A stretch of DNA of 64,000 bases from Bacillota bacterium (GTDB lineage: Bacteria > Bacillota > Clostridia > Peptostreptococcales > Anaerovoracaceae): contig JAFYNS010000136.1 of NCBI GenBank assembly GCA_017556505.1, positions 2,547 to 66,546 on the forward strand, read 5' to 3'. Both the position numbers and the translations under genes were made by a program. Shown here in pieces: positions 18,352 through 28,262 of the stretch. Under the pieces are notes generated by a model. The model was given only the letters and a program-made list of their open reading frames with translations, was not told the origin of the DNA and ran no database searches. Within the stretch, counting starts at the first letter, position 1, and the number at the start of each line of letters is the position of its first letter.

Positions 18352-18798
18352 TTACTTTTCTTCTTTTTTATTTTTCTTGTACTTTTCCGGCAATTCCCCT
18401 CTTGCTTCCAGAACCTGATATGGTGTAAAGGCCTTTTTCAGATTCGCTGTTGTTGTACCAAGGAAAGACGGTCTTTCTTCATCCGGATACTCCTGAATCA
18501 GATGCAGAATAACATACAGCCATCCGATAATCGGAATCAGCAGCCATAAGAAGAACCATATTTTCTTGCCTACATGATGAATTCTGCGGATGGTTGCCGT
18601 CAGAAACGGCACAGCCATAAGCACGGAGAAAATTTTGAAAAGAGGTTCAAAAACAGGCACCCCTCTTCCCAGCCACAGAAGTCCGGTCATTAACAGAAGT
18701 GTGGTCAGGCAGAACATCAGATAAGGACGGAGTTCCAGCTTGCCATTTACCTTGTGCCAGTCTTTTAATACAGACCAATATCCTGTAAATAATTCCAT
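18352..18798 (-). CDS. DUF805-family inner membrane protein
   Basis: 148 aa. TM helices flank TIRRIHHVGKKIWFFLWLLIP, which resembles the RRLHD motif of the YhaH/YhaI-type DUF805 family. Confidence 0.65.
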   Translation of the reverse strand: MELFTGYWSVLKDWHKVNGKLELRPYLMFCLTTLLLMTGLLWLGRGVPVFEPLFKIFSVLMAVPFLTATIRRIHHVGKKIWFFLWLLIPIIGWLYVILHLIQEYPDEERPSFLGTTTANLKKAFTPYQVLEARGELPEKYKKNKKEEK

Positions 18799-18810
18799 TG
18801 TTATTAATCC

Positions 18811-19998
18811 TTATTCCTCTCTGTTTAATAATGCCAGCACATTTCTTACCTGCATTTCCACACCAATCTTCAGACATCTTTCATCGATGTCGAAAGTGGA
18901 GTTATGCAGGTCCACACGCTCGCCCATTTCTTCATTGTAACATCCCAGGTGGAAGAAGCAGGCTGGACGTTCCAGTGCAAAGTAGGAGAAGTCTTCAGTA
19001 CCCAGGTTCGGGTTCTTTTCGCGAATGACATTTTCCTTGCCCAGGACTTCGATTGCATTCTGTTCTACCACTTCTACCACAGCATCGTCGTTCATCAGCG
19101 GACCATAGCTTGGCATTAAAATGAATTCCGCTTCGCCTCCCATGGCAGATGCTACAGATTCTGCGATATTCTTAACAGATTCTCTTACGAACACTCTCTG
19201 CTGTGGATCCAGGGTACGGATGATACCGTTTAGAGTTACAGTGTCGGCAATCTGGTTGCGGACAGTACCTCCCACAATCTTACCGAAAGATACCACTGCA
19301 GATTCTTCCGGTGCTACTCTTCTGCTGATGACAGTCTGAATGGTGCTCAGAATGTTTGCAGCAATGATGATAGCATCCACACCCTTATCCGGATGTGCAC
19401 CATGGGAACTCTTACCCTTGACGCGGATATCGATCATATCAGATGCAGCGTATCCCTTACCGTACTTCACACCGATTTCACCACACTTGAAGAGAGGGCT
19501 TACATGAAGGCCAACTACATAATCTACATGTGGATTTTCCAGGCAGCCTGCAGCAATCATGCGTTCCGCACCGCCGATGGACTCTTCTGCCGGCTGGAAA
19601 AAGAACTTCACAGTACCGGTCAGTTCCTCCTTCATGGATGCCAGTGCTTTGGCAGTACCCAGCAGAATAGTGGCATGAGCGTCGTGACCGCATGCATGCA
19701 TGATACCTTCATTTTTAGATGCGAAAGGCAGACCGGTTTCTTCCTGAATCGGCAGTGCATCGATGTCGCCGCGTACGCCTACTACAGGACCAGGCTTTCC
19801 ACCTTCCAGTGTAGCTACGATGCTGCAGCCGTCCAGAATAATTTCATAAGGAATTCCGTACTCATCCAGTTTGGATGCCAGATATTTTACAGTTTCTTCT
19901 TCGTGTTCAGACACACATGGATTTTCGTGAATGGTTCTTCTGATTTCAATCAGTTCTCTTTCAAAATCTCCATGGCCCATAATTTCATTAAGATTCAT
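18811..19998 (-). CDS. M20-family amidohydrolase (N-acyl-L-amino-acid amidohydrolase / hippurate hydrolase type), copy 1
   Basis: ...IHENPCVSEHEEET...RGDIDALPIQE...MHACGHDAH...FFFQPAEE... Confidence 0.85.
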   Translation of the reverse strand: MNLNEIMGHGDFERELIEIRRTIHENPCVSEHEEETVKYLASKLDEYGIPYEIILDGCSIVATLEGGKPGPVVGVRGDIDALPIQEETGLPFASKNEGIMHACGHDAHATILLGTAKALASMKEELTGTVKFFFQPAEESIGGAERMIAAGCLENPHVDYVVGLHVSPLFKCGEIGVKYGKGYAASDMIDIRVKGKSSHGAHPDKGVDAIIIAANILSTIQTVISRRVAPEESAVVSFGKIVGGTVRNQIADTVTLNGIIRTLDPQQRVFVRESVKNIAESVASAMGGEAEFILMPSYGPLMNDDAVVEVVEQNAIEVLGKENVIREKNPNLGTEDFSYFALERPACFFHLGCYNEEMGERVDLHNSTFDIDERCLKIGVEMQVRNVLALLNREE

Positions 19999-20090
19999 GT
20001 TATTTCTCCTATCATATGTATACCTTCAGGGGACAGAAAATAAATCCATGATTTTCTCTCCGCTGAAGGCTTATTTCTTTTAAAAACAAA

Positions 20091-20116
20091 CTGCCGAAAA
20101 CATCTGTTTTCGGCAG
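20091..20116 (-). terminator. Terminator after the YfcC-family gene
   Basis: CTGCCGAAAACA...TGTTTTCGGCAG hairpin. TTTGTTTTT follows on the minus strand. Confidence 0.65.
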
Positions 20117-20178
20117 TTCGAATTACTGTTTTGCAACAGTTGCTTGTCGTTTAGTATGTATATACTTATCTTATTCCA

Positions 20179-21591
20179 TTATGCAGGGAATACGAAGCCG
20201 GCAATACCTACGAAGATCATCTGCATTACATAGATGATACCAGCCAGAGGCAGGAACCACTTCCACCACTTCTGCAGAGGAATACCACCGATACCGCAAA
20301 CGATTACGCAGCCGCCAGTAGGCCATACCAGGTTGGACAGACCGTCACCGAACTGGAATGCGATACATGCAGTCTGACGGGAGATGCCCAGGATGTCAGC
20401 CAGAGGAGCCATGATAGGCATAGTAGCAGCAGCCTGGCCGGAACCGGAGGAGATTGGGAAGTTCAGCAGAGTCTGAACCAGCAGCATTACCTGTGCGGAC
20501 AGAGCGGATGGAACGCCAGCCAGGATGTTAGCCAGGCCGAAGATCAGAGTATCCTTAATCAGAGCTGCTTCCATTACTACTACGATACCCTTAGCCATAC
20601 CAGTCAGGATAGCACCCCAGAATACGGACTTAGCGCCAGCAATCAGAGTGTCTACGTACTGGTCAGCAGACCAGCCGGAAATCAGAGCAGCAACGATGGA
20701 CATGATGTAGAACAGACCACACAGTTCACCGTAACCCCAACCCCACTGAGTCATACCCAGAGCCAGGAATACCAGAACTACTACTACGTCCAGAACGATC
20801 AGAGCAGCCTTCTTGTCGAATACGAACTGATCCAGTTCAGACTTATCGAATGCATGAGGGTTTTCGTCGCCGTAAACGATGGACAGAGTAGGGTCCTTCT
20901 TAACCTTCTTACCATATCTCAGAACGTAAACCAGACATACAACCATGAATGCAACCAGGCACAGTACACGGAAACCGGTACCGGAGTACAGAGGTACACC
21001 TGCGATAGCCTGTGCTACACCTACAGTGTAAGGGTTCAGAGTTGCGCCCATGAAGCCGATGTATTCGCCCAGTACGATAATTGCGAAACCGAACATAGCG
21101 TCATAGCCCATTGCTACACCCAGACCTACAATCAGAGGAATGAAGCCGTAGAATTCGGACAGCATACCGAATGCAGAACCACCGATAGCAAATACAGCCA
21201 TCAGAACTGGAACCAGGATAACGTCCTTACCGCCGAACTTCTTCAGCAGTGCACCGATACCAGCGTGGAAAGCACCAGTCTTAACCAGTACGGAGAAAGT
21301 ACCACCACAGGACAAGATTACGAAAATGATGTCTGCAGCAGATACACAACCTTCATAGAAGGAAGCGAAGTAGCCCAGGAAAGTTGTCTTAACCTGTTCT
21401 GCTTCATCCACGTAATGGAAAGTACCATCAATAGCGATGTTTCTCATTGTTCCGTTGATGTCAACCTTTTCATAGTCATAGGTTCCTGGTGGAACAACCC
21501 AGGACAGGATTGCGAAGATTAATACTACGATTGCAATGATTACGTAAGTATTAGGTAACTTGAATCCCTTCTTCTTGTTTTCTTTTGTCAT
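20179..21591 (-). CDS. YfcC-family membrane transporter (DcuC-like fold; putative amino acid/peptide carrier)
   Basis: MTKENKKKGFKLPNTYVIIAIVVLIFAILSWVVPPGTYDY is typical of YfcC proteins. The start at 21591 is preceded by GGAGG. The track ORF extends to 21645. Confidence 0.8.
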   Translation of the reverse strand: MTKENKKKGFKLPNTYVIIAIVVLIFAILSWVVPPGTYDYEKVDINGTMRNIAIDGTFHYVDEAEQVKTTFLGYFASFYEGCVSAADIIFVILSCGGTFSVLVKTGAFHAGIGALLKKFGGKDVILVPVLMAVFAIGGSAFGMLSEFYGFIPLIVGLGVAMGYDAMFGFAIIVLGEYIGFMGATLNPYTVGVAQAIAGVPLYSGTGFRVLCLVAFMVVCLVYVLRYGKKVKKDPTLSIVYGDENPHAFDKSELDQFVFDKKAALIVLDVVVVLVFLALGMTQWGWGYGELCGLFYIMSIVAALISGWSADQYVDTLIAGAKSVFWGAILTGMAKGIVVVMEAALIKDTLIFGLANILAGVPSALSAQVMLLVQTLLNFPISSGSGQAAATMPIMAPLADILGISRQTACIAFQFGDGLSNLVWPTGGCVIVCGIGGIPLQKWWKWFLPLAGIIYVMQMIFVGIAGFVFPA

Positions 21592-21640
21592 AATGTCCTC
21601 CAAAAAACATAAAGGTTTTATTATTTCACTGACATAATAT

Positions 21641-21657
21641 TGCAAATTTTATGCCAA
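21641..21657 (-). promoter_or_regulatory. Sigma-54 (-24/-12) promoter reading into the YfcC-family gene
   Basis: The minus strand reads TTGGCATAAAATTTGCA, so GG and GC have the canonical spacing (TGGCAC-N5-TTGCW). The -12 element lies about 50 nt upstream of the ATG at 21591. Confidence 0.65.
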
Positions 21658-21794
21658 TACTTTTTCCTGTTTTTTTAACAATTTATTAACGTTTTCCTTG
21701 CGAAATCTGTGTCAACGGGTTATACTGTATTCACCAATTGCACCCATTAAAACACTTTAACCTGCAATTCATGTTCCTGTTCCCATCCATAATG

Positions 21795-21810
21795 TGGTAC
21801 GGAATTTGCT
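21795..21810 (+). promoter_or_regulatory. Sigma-54 (-24/-12) promoter reading into the enhancer-binding-protein gene and its operon
   Basis: The plus strand reads TGGTACGGAATTTGCT with correct GG-N10-GC spacing, 20 nt upstream of the ATG at 21830. Confidence 0.6.
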
Positions 21811-21829
21811 TAAGAATAATCAGTATAAA

Positions 21830-23971
21830 ATGAAAGAGAAAACGAAAATGAACCGTAATGGAATCGAAGCAGAGAGAAAAAGAAAAAAAGTTGTGGTAGT
21901 CACCATGAGCACTGGCGCAGGTTCGTCCTATATTTCCGATCTGAAGGAGGTCATTCCGGAAGACAAGGTGGAATATATGCTGTATACTCCCGAAACGTTC
22001 CCCAAAGAAGGCTATGTAGCCAATGCAAATGTTTATCTGGTTTCCTCCAATGCAATCCGCTATACCACCGGAATGCCTCACGAACTCCCTCTGGGGGTAC
22101 AGATGGTAGAAACCAGAGTGGCCTTCCGTTCCCGGGATTTGGAATGCATATCCCTCATTCCGGAAGGAACAGAATGCCTTCTGGTAAATACCACGGAACC
22201 GCTGGCACTTGAGTGTATCGTAGATTTTTACAGCCACAGTATTTTCAATGTGCGCCTGACACCATACTGGCCCGGGTCCAGGGAATATCCTCAGATGGCT
22301 ACCGCCATTACAGCAGGAGACCCCGCACTTGTTCCATCTTACATAGAATCTGTATACGATCTCGGATTCCGCCATCTTTCACCTGGCACAGTTTCCGAAG
22401 TCCTGCTGGCGCTGGATATGGAGTTTCTTATGGAAGAACATGCCTTTCAGTGCTACACAGATGCATTTCCGCCGCAGCAGAGTCACGGCGAAAAGCTTCT
22501 GAAACGTTCCATCCAGTATAAAACCATCACCAACTACCTGATGGGATCCAGCGACTACGGCATTATCGGTATCAACGATGAACACCACGTATTCTGTATT
22601 AATCAGAATGCAGTAGACCTGCTGGAATTGGGTGATACGGTTCATACAGGCCGCCATTATCAGGAACTTCTGCCTTTCCTGTCGCTGGAGGATTATGCAG
22701 ACGACCTGAAGAACAATATCCCGGTTCAGCAGATTATACAATATGGAGATACTGCACTGACCGTATCTCTCAGAGTCATTACGGATCAGGGCAGAAACCG
22801 CGGGCTGATTGTCCGCCTTCAGCGTTTTGCCGATGCGGAAAACAGACTCCAGGATGCCCGTATGAAACTCCTGCAAAAAGGACATACAGCAAAGTATACT
22901 TTCGAGGATATTGCCGGTTCCAGTCCTGCCATTATAGAAACCTGCCGCATGGCACGGAAAATGGCTGCAACCAACTCCGCCATCCTTATCACAGGCGAAA
23001 GCGGTACCGGAAAGGAACTTCTGGCCAGTGCCATTCACAATGCATCCAGTCGTTCCAAGCATCCGTATATTGCAATTAATTGTGCTGCCATGCCGGAAAA
23101 TCTCCTGGAAAGCGAACTTTTCGGCTACGAAGAGGGGGCTTTCACCGGGGCCAGAAAGAACGGCAAAGCCGGTCTTTTCGAGCATGCACACATGGGAACC
23201 ATTTTCCTTGACGAAATCGAGGACATGAGTCCGTCCCTGCAGGTAAAACTGCTTCGTGTCCTTCAGGAAAAAGAAATCATGCGTGTGGGCGGTACAAAAA
23301 TTATCAATGTCGATGTACGAATCATTGCTGCCACCAACATCAACATTGAAACCATGGTACGGAACGGTCAGATTCGAAAGGATCTGTATTACCGCCTCAA
23401 TACCATGCAGCTGGAGCTTCCGCCATTGCGAAGCCGCAGAGAGGATATCCCTCTTCTGGTAAAACGTTTCCGAATTCAGGAAGGACACCGTTTCCGGCTC
23501 AGCGACGCAGTCATGGACCGGTTCATGAAGCATCACTGGGACGGTAATATCCGCGAACTGAAAAACTGCCTGGAATTCTTCCAGTGTCTCGATAAGGAAA
23601 CCATTCAGCCAGAAGATCTGCCGCGTCAGTTCCTCCATCCTTTTTTCGCGGCCTACGCCCCGGATTCCGACTTCCCGCTGGCTGAAGATTTTGCTTCGCA
23701 TGCAGGAGCAAAAGATGAATCCAACCCATTTACGGAGGAGGAAACCTTCGTGCTTAAGGCCCTTTATGATGCGTACTGCGAAAACCGTCTGGTGGGACGG
23801 CGCACCATCTGTGACATGGCCCGTGAGCAGAACATTATGTTGACAGAACAGGAGATTCGTAAGCTCCTGAAAATATTAGAAACCCGTGAGCTGGTCAAAG
23901 TTGGCAGTGGCCGTGCAGGCAGCCGCCTTACGCCAAAAGCCATAGAGCTCATGCAGAAAGGAACCATTTAA
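21830..23971 (+). CDS. Sigma-54-dependent transcriptional activator (bEBP): PrpR_N-like sensor + PAS-like domain + AAA+ + C-terminal winged helix
   Basis: GESGTGKE Walker A, GAFTGA loop (EEGAFTGARKNG), FLDEIEDM Walker B, and RELKN. The start is set downstream of the sigma-54 promoter. The track ORF begins at a GTG at 21794 that overlaps the promoter. Confidence 0.85.
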   Translation: MKEKTKMNRNGIEAERKRKKVVVVTMSTGAGSSYISDLKEVIPEDKVEYMLYTPETFPKEGYVANANVYLVSSNAIRYTTGMPHELPLGVQMVETRVAFRSRDLECISLIPEGTECLLVNTTEPLALECIVDFYSHSIFNVRLTPYWPGSREYPQMATAITAGDPALVPSYIESVYDLGFRHLSPGTVSEVLLALDMEFLMEEHAFQCYTDAFPPQQSHGEKLLKRSIQYKTITNYLMGSSDYGIIGINDEHHVFCINQNAVDLLELGDTVHTGRHYQELLPFLSLEDYADDLKNNIPVQQIIQYGDTALTVSLRVITDQGRNRGLIVRLQRFADAENRLQDARMKLLQKGHTAKYTFEDIAGSSPAIIETCRMARKMAATNSAILITGESGTGKELLASAIHNASSRSKHPYIAINCAAMPENLLESELFGYEEGAFTGARKNGKAGLFEHAHMGTIFLDEIEDMSPSLQVKLLRVLQEKEIMRVGGTKIINVDVRIIAATNINIETMVRNGQIRKDLYYRLNTMQLELPPLRSRREDIPLLVKRFRIQEGHRFRLSDAVMDRFMKHHWDGNIRELKNCLEFFQCLDKETIQPEDLPRQFLHPFFAAYAPDSDFPLAEDFASHAGAKDESNPFTEEETFVLKALYDAYCENRLVGRRTICDMAREQNIMLTEQEIRKLLKILETRELVKVGSGRAGSRLTPKAIELMQKGTI

Positions 23972-23973
23972 CT

Positions 23974-25584
23974 ATGAAGTACGATATTTTAATTAAAAAC
24001 GCAAAGATTATCGACGGATCCGGCACCCCATGGTTCATGGGTGATGTAGCTGTAGCAGAAGGCAGAATTGCAGAACTTGGCAAGCTGGCTCCGGCTGCAG
24101 AAGCGGAAGCGGCACGCGTGATTGATGCAGCAGGCAGAATTCTGGCACCAGGTTTCATCGACACCCATACCCATCTGGACCTGACACCGTTTACCTATAA
24201 TAACTCTCAGGATCCAAAGTCCCAGCGCCGTCTGCAGCAGGGTATCACCTCTCAGATTTTCGGCTGCTGCGGTATCGGTCCCGCACCGGTAACGGAAGCC
24301 TCCAAGGCTGCATGGATGGAAAGAACCTTCGGCATCCACGATGCCTCTGAAGTAAAGTGGAACAGTTTCGGCGAATACCTGAATGTACTGGACGAGCAGC
24401 CTCTGGGTGTGAATTTTGCCGGATACGTGGGACATGGTGCAATCCGTCACTGCGTTATGGGCTACGAAAACCGCAAGGCAACTCCGGAAGAAATCGAAGA
24501 AATGAAGAAGCTGCTGGCAGCTGCCATGGAAGGCGGGGCAGTAGGTATGAGTACCGGTCTGATCTACGCACCAGGCGTATTCGCAGACAAGGAAGAGCTG
24601 ATTGAACTTTGCCACGTGCTGAGAGATTACAACGGTATCTACGCATCCCACATCCGCAACGAAAATGCAAGATGGCTTCCATCTGTAGAAGAAGTTGTGG
24701 AAATCTGCGAAACCTGCAAGATTCCTGGTATCGTTCATCACCTGAAGACCAAGGCAAAGGAGTCCAGGGAACTGGTTGCAAAGGTTCTGAAGACGCTCAG
24801 TGACGCACGTGAAAGAGGCGTTGATGTAGTCTTCGAACAGTATCCTTACGAAGCCAGCGCAACAGGCCTGGACATTGTTCTTTCCTCCTGGATGCACGAA
24901 GGCGGCAAGGATGCCATTATGGCCAGAATCACCGACAAAGAACGTTTTGAAGAGTACCGTCAGTCCATCCGCAGCGACTACGGCTGGAAGAATGACGAGG
25001 AAGAATGGATCGGCGCCAAGAACATGCTGGTTGTGGCAGCCGAAGGCCATCCTGAATACAACGGCCGTTTCATCGACGAAATCGCACGTGACCTGGGTAA
25101 GGAACCGGTTGAAACCGTATTCCACATCCTGGTTGAAACGGATATTCAGTCCAACGCTGCATTCTTCGGTATCAAGGAAGAAGATATCCGTACCATTCTG
25201 CAGCATCCGCTGGGCATGGTAGGTTCCGACTCTGACGATGTAAAAGTTGGCGAAACTACCCATCCTCGTACCAACGGAACCTTCCCTCGCGTACTGAAGA
25301 GCTACGTACTGGACAAGGGAGTTATTTCCATGGAAACTGCCATCTATAAGATGACCGGCTTCCCTGCTGCACGTTTTGGCCTGCATCAGAGAGGTCTGAT
25401 CCGTCAGGGATTCCATGCCGACCTGGTTCTGATCAATCCGGAAACACTGGAAGACCATGCTACTTATCTGGAGCCATTTGGTACACCGGAAGGCATCGAC
25501 CTGGTAATGGTCAACGGACAGGTCGCTCTGGAAAACGGTCAGCCAACCGGTATCATGGCAGGTAAGGTACTTCGCTCCCGCTAA
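23974..25584 (+). CDS. N-acyl-D-amino-acid deacylase (D-aminoacylase) family amidohydrolase
   Basis: MKYDILIKNAKIIDGSG...GFIDTHTHLD...YASHIRNE...HHLK... The layout is typical of D-aminoacylases. The start is 2 nt after the bEBP stop. Confidence 0.8.
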   Translation: MKYDILIKNAKIIDGSGTPWFMGDVAVAEGRIAELGKLAPAAEAEAARVIDAAGRILAPGFIDTHTHLDLTPFTYNNSQDPKSQRRLQQGITSQIFGCCGIGPAPVTEASKAAWMERTFGIHDASEVKWNSFGEYLNVLDEQPLGVNFAGYVGHGAIRHCVMGYENRKATPEEIEEMKKLLAAAMEGGAVGMSTGLIYAPGVFADKEELIELCHVLRDYNGIYASHIRNENARWLPSVEEVVEICETCKIPGIVHHLKTKAKESRELVAKVLKTLSDARERGVDVVFEQYPYEASATGLDIVLSSWMHEGGKDAIMARITDKERFEEYRQSIRSDYGWKNDEEEWIGAKNMLVVAAEGHPEYNGRFIDEIARDLGKEPVETVFHILVETDIQSNAAFFGIKEEDIRTILQHPLGMVGSDSDDVKVGETTHPRTNGTFPRVLKSYVLDKGVISMETAIYKMTGFPAARFGLHQRGLIRQGFHADLVLINPETLEDHATYLEPFGTPEGIDLVMVNGQVALENGQPTGIMAGKVLRSR

Positions 25585-25644
25585 TGATTCATTCAGTTAT
25601 TAATTCACGATATACATATTTAAACGAAAAGGAGAACTTTCACT

Positions 25645-26850
25645 ATGGCAATTGCAGAAAAAGTAAAACAGCTCATTGCTGAACACTACGACGAAATCGT
25701 AGAAATCCGCCGTGACTTCCACATGCATCCGGAACTGTCCGAGCAGGAAGAACGCACCATGAACAAGATCAGCGAATATCTGACTGCATGGGGTATCCCA
25801 AATAAAACGAACATCGGCGGTCACGGTGTAGTTGGTATCATCGAAGGTAAGGCTCCACGTGCAGAAGGATACAAGTACGAAGCAGTTGGTATCCGTGCCG
25901 ACATCGACGCACTGCCAATCCAGGAATCCGCAGACGTTCCATTCCGTTCCGTAAATGACGGTGTAATGCACGCCTGCGGCCATGACATGCACGCTGCTAT
26001 GCTGCTGGGTGCTGCAAAGATTCTGAAGACCCTGGAAAACGAATTTGCAGGTACTGTAAAGCTGTTCTTCCAGCCTGCTGAAGAAACCGTTGGAGGTGCT
26101 GACCAGATGATTAAGGACGGCTGCATGGAAGGTCCTGCCGTTGGCGCAGTTCTGGCATTCCACGTTGCTCCATACCTGCCTACCGGCACCATCGAATTCT
26201 GCCGCGGCAAGATGAACGCAGCAACCTGCGACCTGAACATCGAAGTAGAAGGCGTATCCTGCCACGGTGCACACCCAGAAGGCGGTATCGACGCGATCGT
26301 AGTTGGTTCTCAGATTGTAACTGCTCTGCAGAGCATCATCTCCAGAAACCTGTCCCCTACCAACGCTGGTATCATCACGGTTGGTCAGTTCCATGCAGGT
26401 GTTAAGGACAACGTAGTAGCAGGCAGTGCGAAGCTGACTGGTACCATCCGTGCACTGGATCCTGTTACCATGAACACCCTGAAGACAAGAGTAACCGCTA
26501 CCGCAGAAGGTATCTGTGCAGGCTACGGTGCAAAGGCTCACGTAACTCTGGTTGACGGATACCCAGCTCTGATCAACGGAGATGAAATCGGTGCAGAAAT
26601 GGAAGCACTGGCTGAAGAACACATCGGCAGAGAAAACATCGTATTTATGGCTGAACCAAGCCTGGGTGCTGACGACTTCGCATTCTTCACTCAGATGTGT
26701 GACGGTGTATACATGAACGTTGGTACAAACTCCGGCAAGGAAGAACACCCTCAGAACATCCACAACGAATGGTACAATCCGGACGAAGAAGCAATGAAGA
26801 ACGGTATGCTCATGGAAGTACTGGGCGCACTGAATCTGCTGGCTAAGTAA
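25645..26850 (+). CDS. M20-family amidohydrolase (N-acyl-L-amino-acid amidohydrolase type), copy 2
   Basis: ...FHMHPELSEQE...RADIDALPIQE...MHACGHDMH...FFQPAEE... Confidence 0.85.
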   Translation: MAIAEKVKQLIAEHYDEIVEIRRDFHMHPELSEQEERTMNKISEYLTAWGIPNKTNIGGHGVVGIIEGKAPRAEGYKYEAVGIRADIDALPIQESADVPFRSVNDGVMHACGHDMHAAMLLGAAKILKTLENEFAGTVKLFFQPAEETVGGADQMIKDGCMEGPAVGAVLAFHVAPYLPTGTIEFCRGKMNAATCDLNIEVEGVSCHGAHPEGGIDAIVVGSQIVTALQSIISRNLSPTNAGIITVGQFHAGVKDNVVAGSAKLTGTIRALDPVTMNTLKTRVTATAEGICAGYGAKAHVTLVDGYPALINGDEIGAEMEALAEEHIGRENIVFMAEPSLGADDFAFFTQMCDGVYMNVGTNSGKEEHPQNIHNEWYNPDEEAMKNGMLMEVLGALNLLAK

Positions 26851-26884
26851 GTTTTTGAAAAGAAATTAAAATACATAAGGAGAT

Positions 26885-28012
26885 ATGACAACTATGGATC
26901 TGTTTAAGAAATACGAAGATCTGCAGCTGCGTGATACTATCGTAAAGGTAGACCTGAACGCAATCGCAGAAAACATGCGTCTGATTAAGGAAATGTGCGG
27001 TCCCGACGTGGCTGTAATGCCTGTTATCAAGGCTAACGGCTACGGCCACGGTGCAGTAGGAATCGCTCCTACTCTGATGGAATCCGGTGCTGCATACCTG
27101 GCAGTTGCTACACTGACTGAAGCTCTGGAACTGCGTCAGGCATACCCTGACTACCCAATCTTCATCCTGGGCCACACCCCTGACCGTCTGATGGATATCG
27201 TGGTAGAACAGAACTTCGTTCAGACTCTGGCTGACCTGTCCCAGGCAAAATCTCTGTCTGCGGCAGCTGTACGTGCCGGCAAGACTGCAGTGGCTCACCT
27301 GAAGGTTGACACCGGTTTCCACCGTCTGGGTATCTACGACGAAGAAGAGCTGTTTGAAATGACACAGCAGCCTGGTCTGGAAATCGAAGGTATCTTCTCT
27401 CACCTGGCTCTGACCAACGACGAAGAAAATCTGAAGCAGTATGACCTGCTGGTAGCTATGATTGAAAAGCTGGAAGCAAGAGGCTGCTCCTTCAAGTACA
27501 AGCACATCGCTGACTCCATCTCCCTGGTAGACTATCCTGAATACCGCATGAACATGGTTCGTCCAGGTGCTCTGATCTTCGGTCTGCGCGGATTCCATAA
27601 GGGCTTCCTGCCTGTAGAATGCTGCATCACCTTCGAAAGCCGCATCACTCAGATTCACGAAATCAAGGCTGGCGAAGGCGTTGGCTACGACTATCTGTGG
27701 AGAGCTCCTCAGGATACCCGTGTAGGCACCATGCCTTTCGGCTATGCTGATGGTTACCCTCGTAACATGAGAGACAAGGGTTACGTAACCATCCACGGTG
27801 TAAAGTGTGCTGTACTGGGCGTAATCTGCATGGATCAGGTTGTAGTTGACCTGACTGACGTTCCTCAGGCAAAGGTTGGCGACGTTGGCGTAATCTACGG
27901 CAGCGGTGAAAACCAGATGACCATCCAGGAAGCTTGCGAGCTGGCATCCACCAACAAGAACGAAATCGTGGCAAGAATCCTGTCCAGACCACCTAGAGTA
28001 TACGTAAAGTAA
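26885..28012 (+). CDS. alr: Alanine racemase (PLP-dependent)
   Basis: VIKANGYGHG (PLP lysine motif), ...KVDTGFHRLG..., ...GYADGYPR... Confidence 0.85.
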   Translation: MTTMDLFKKYEDLQLRDTIVKVDLNAIAENMRLIKEMCGPDVAVMPVIKANGYGHGAVGIAPTLMESGAAYLAVATLTEALELRQAYPDYPIFILGHTPDRLMDIVVEQNFVQTLADLSQAKSLSAAAVRAGKTAVAHLKVDTGFHRLGIYDEEELFEMTQQPGLEIEGIFSHLALTNDEENLKQYDLLVAMIEKLEARGCSFKYKHIADSISLVDYPEYRMNMVRPGALIFGLRGFHKGFLPVECCITFESRITQIHEIKAGEGVGYDYLWRAPQDTRVGTMPFGYADGYPRNMRDKGYVTIHGVKCAVLGVICMDQVVVDLTDVPQAKVGDVGVIYGSGENQMTIQEACELASTNKNEIVARILSRPPRVYVK

Positions 28013-28112
28013 AATTTCGCTCTTCCGCTTCCCCGCAAAATACCGGGTTTCAGCGTTTTTCCATTGATTTCCGGTATGACAGGGATCAATGACATCCGAA
28101 TAAAGTGAAAAA

Positions 28113-28158
28113 AGGAACAGATTCTGCATTTTATGGCAAAATCTGTTCCTTTTATTTT
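28113..28158. terminator. Bidirectional terminator between the alr operon and the flavoprotein gene
   Basis: AGGAACAGAT (28113-28122) pairs with ATCTGTTCCT (28141-28150). TTTATTTT lies downstream and an A-run upstream. Confidence 0.7.
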
Positions 28159-28262
28159 GTATTTCTTACTTCGGACTCGCTTTTGGAGCTTGCATTCTTC
28201 TCTTCAGCCGGGTAATCATACCGGATTCTCTTATTTTTTTAAAGAATTCCGGTATGATACGA

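Noticed and set aside
21736-21769. AATTGCA-N20-TGCAATT inverted repeat as the bEBP binding site.
   Set aside because: It is only 7 bp per arm in an AT-rich region, and I found no second copy to support a motif. I mention it in the sigma-54 finding but do not call it as a feature.
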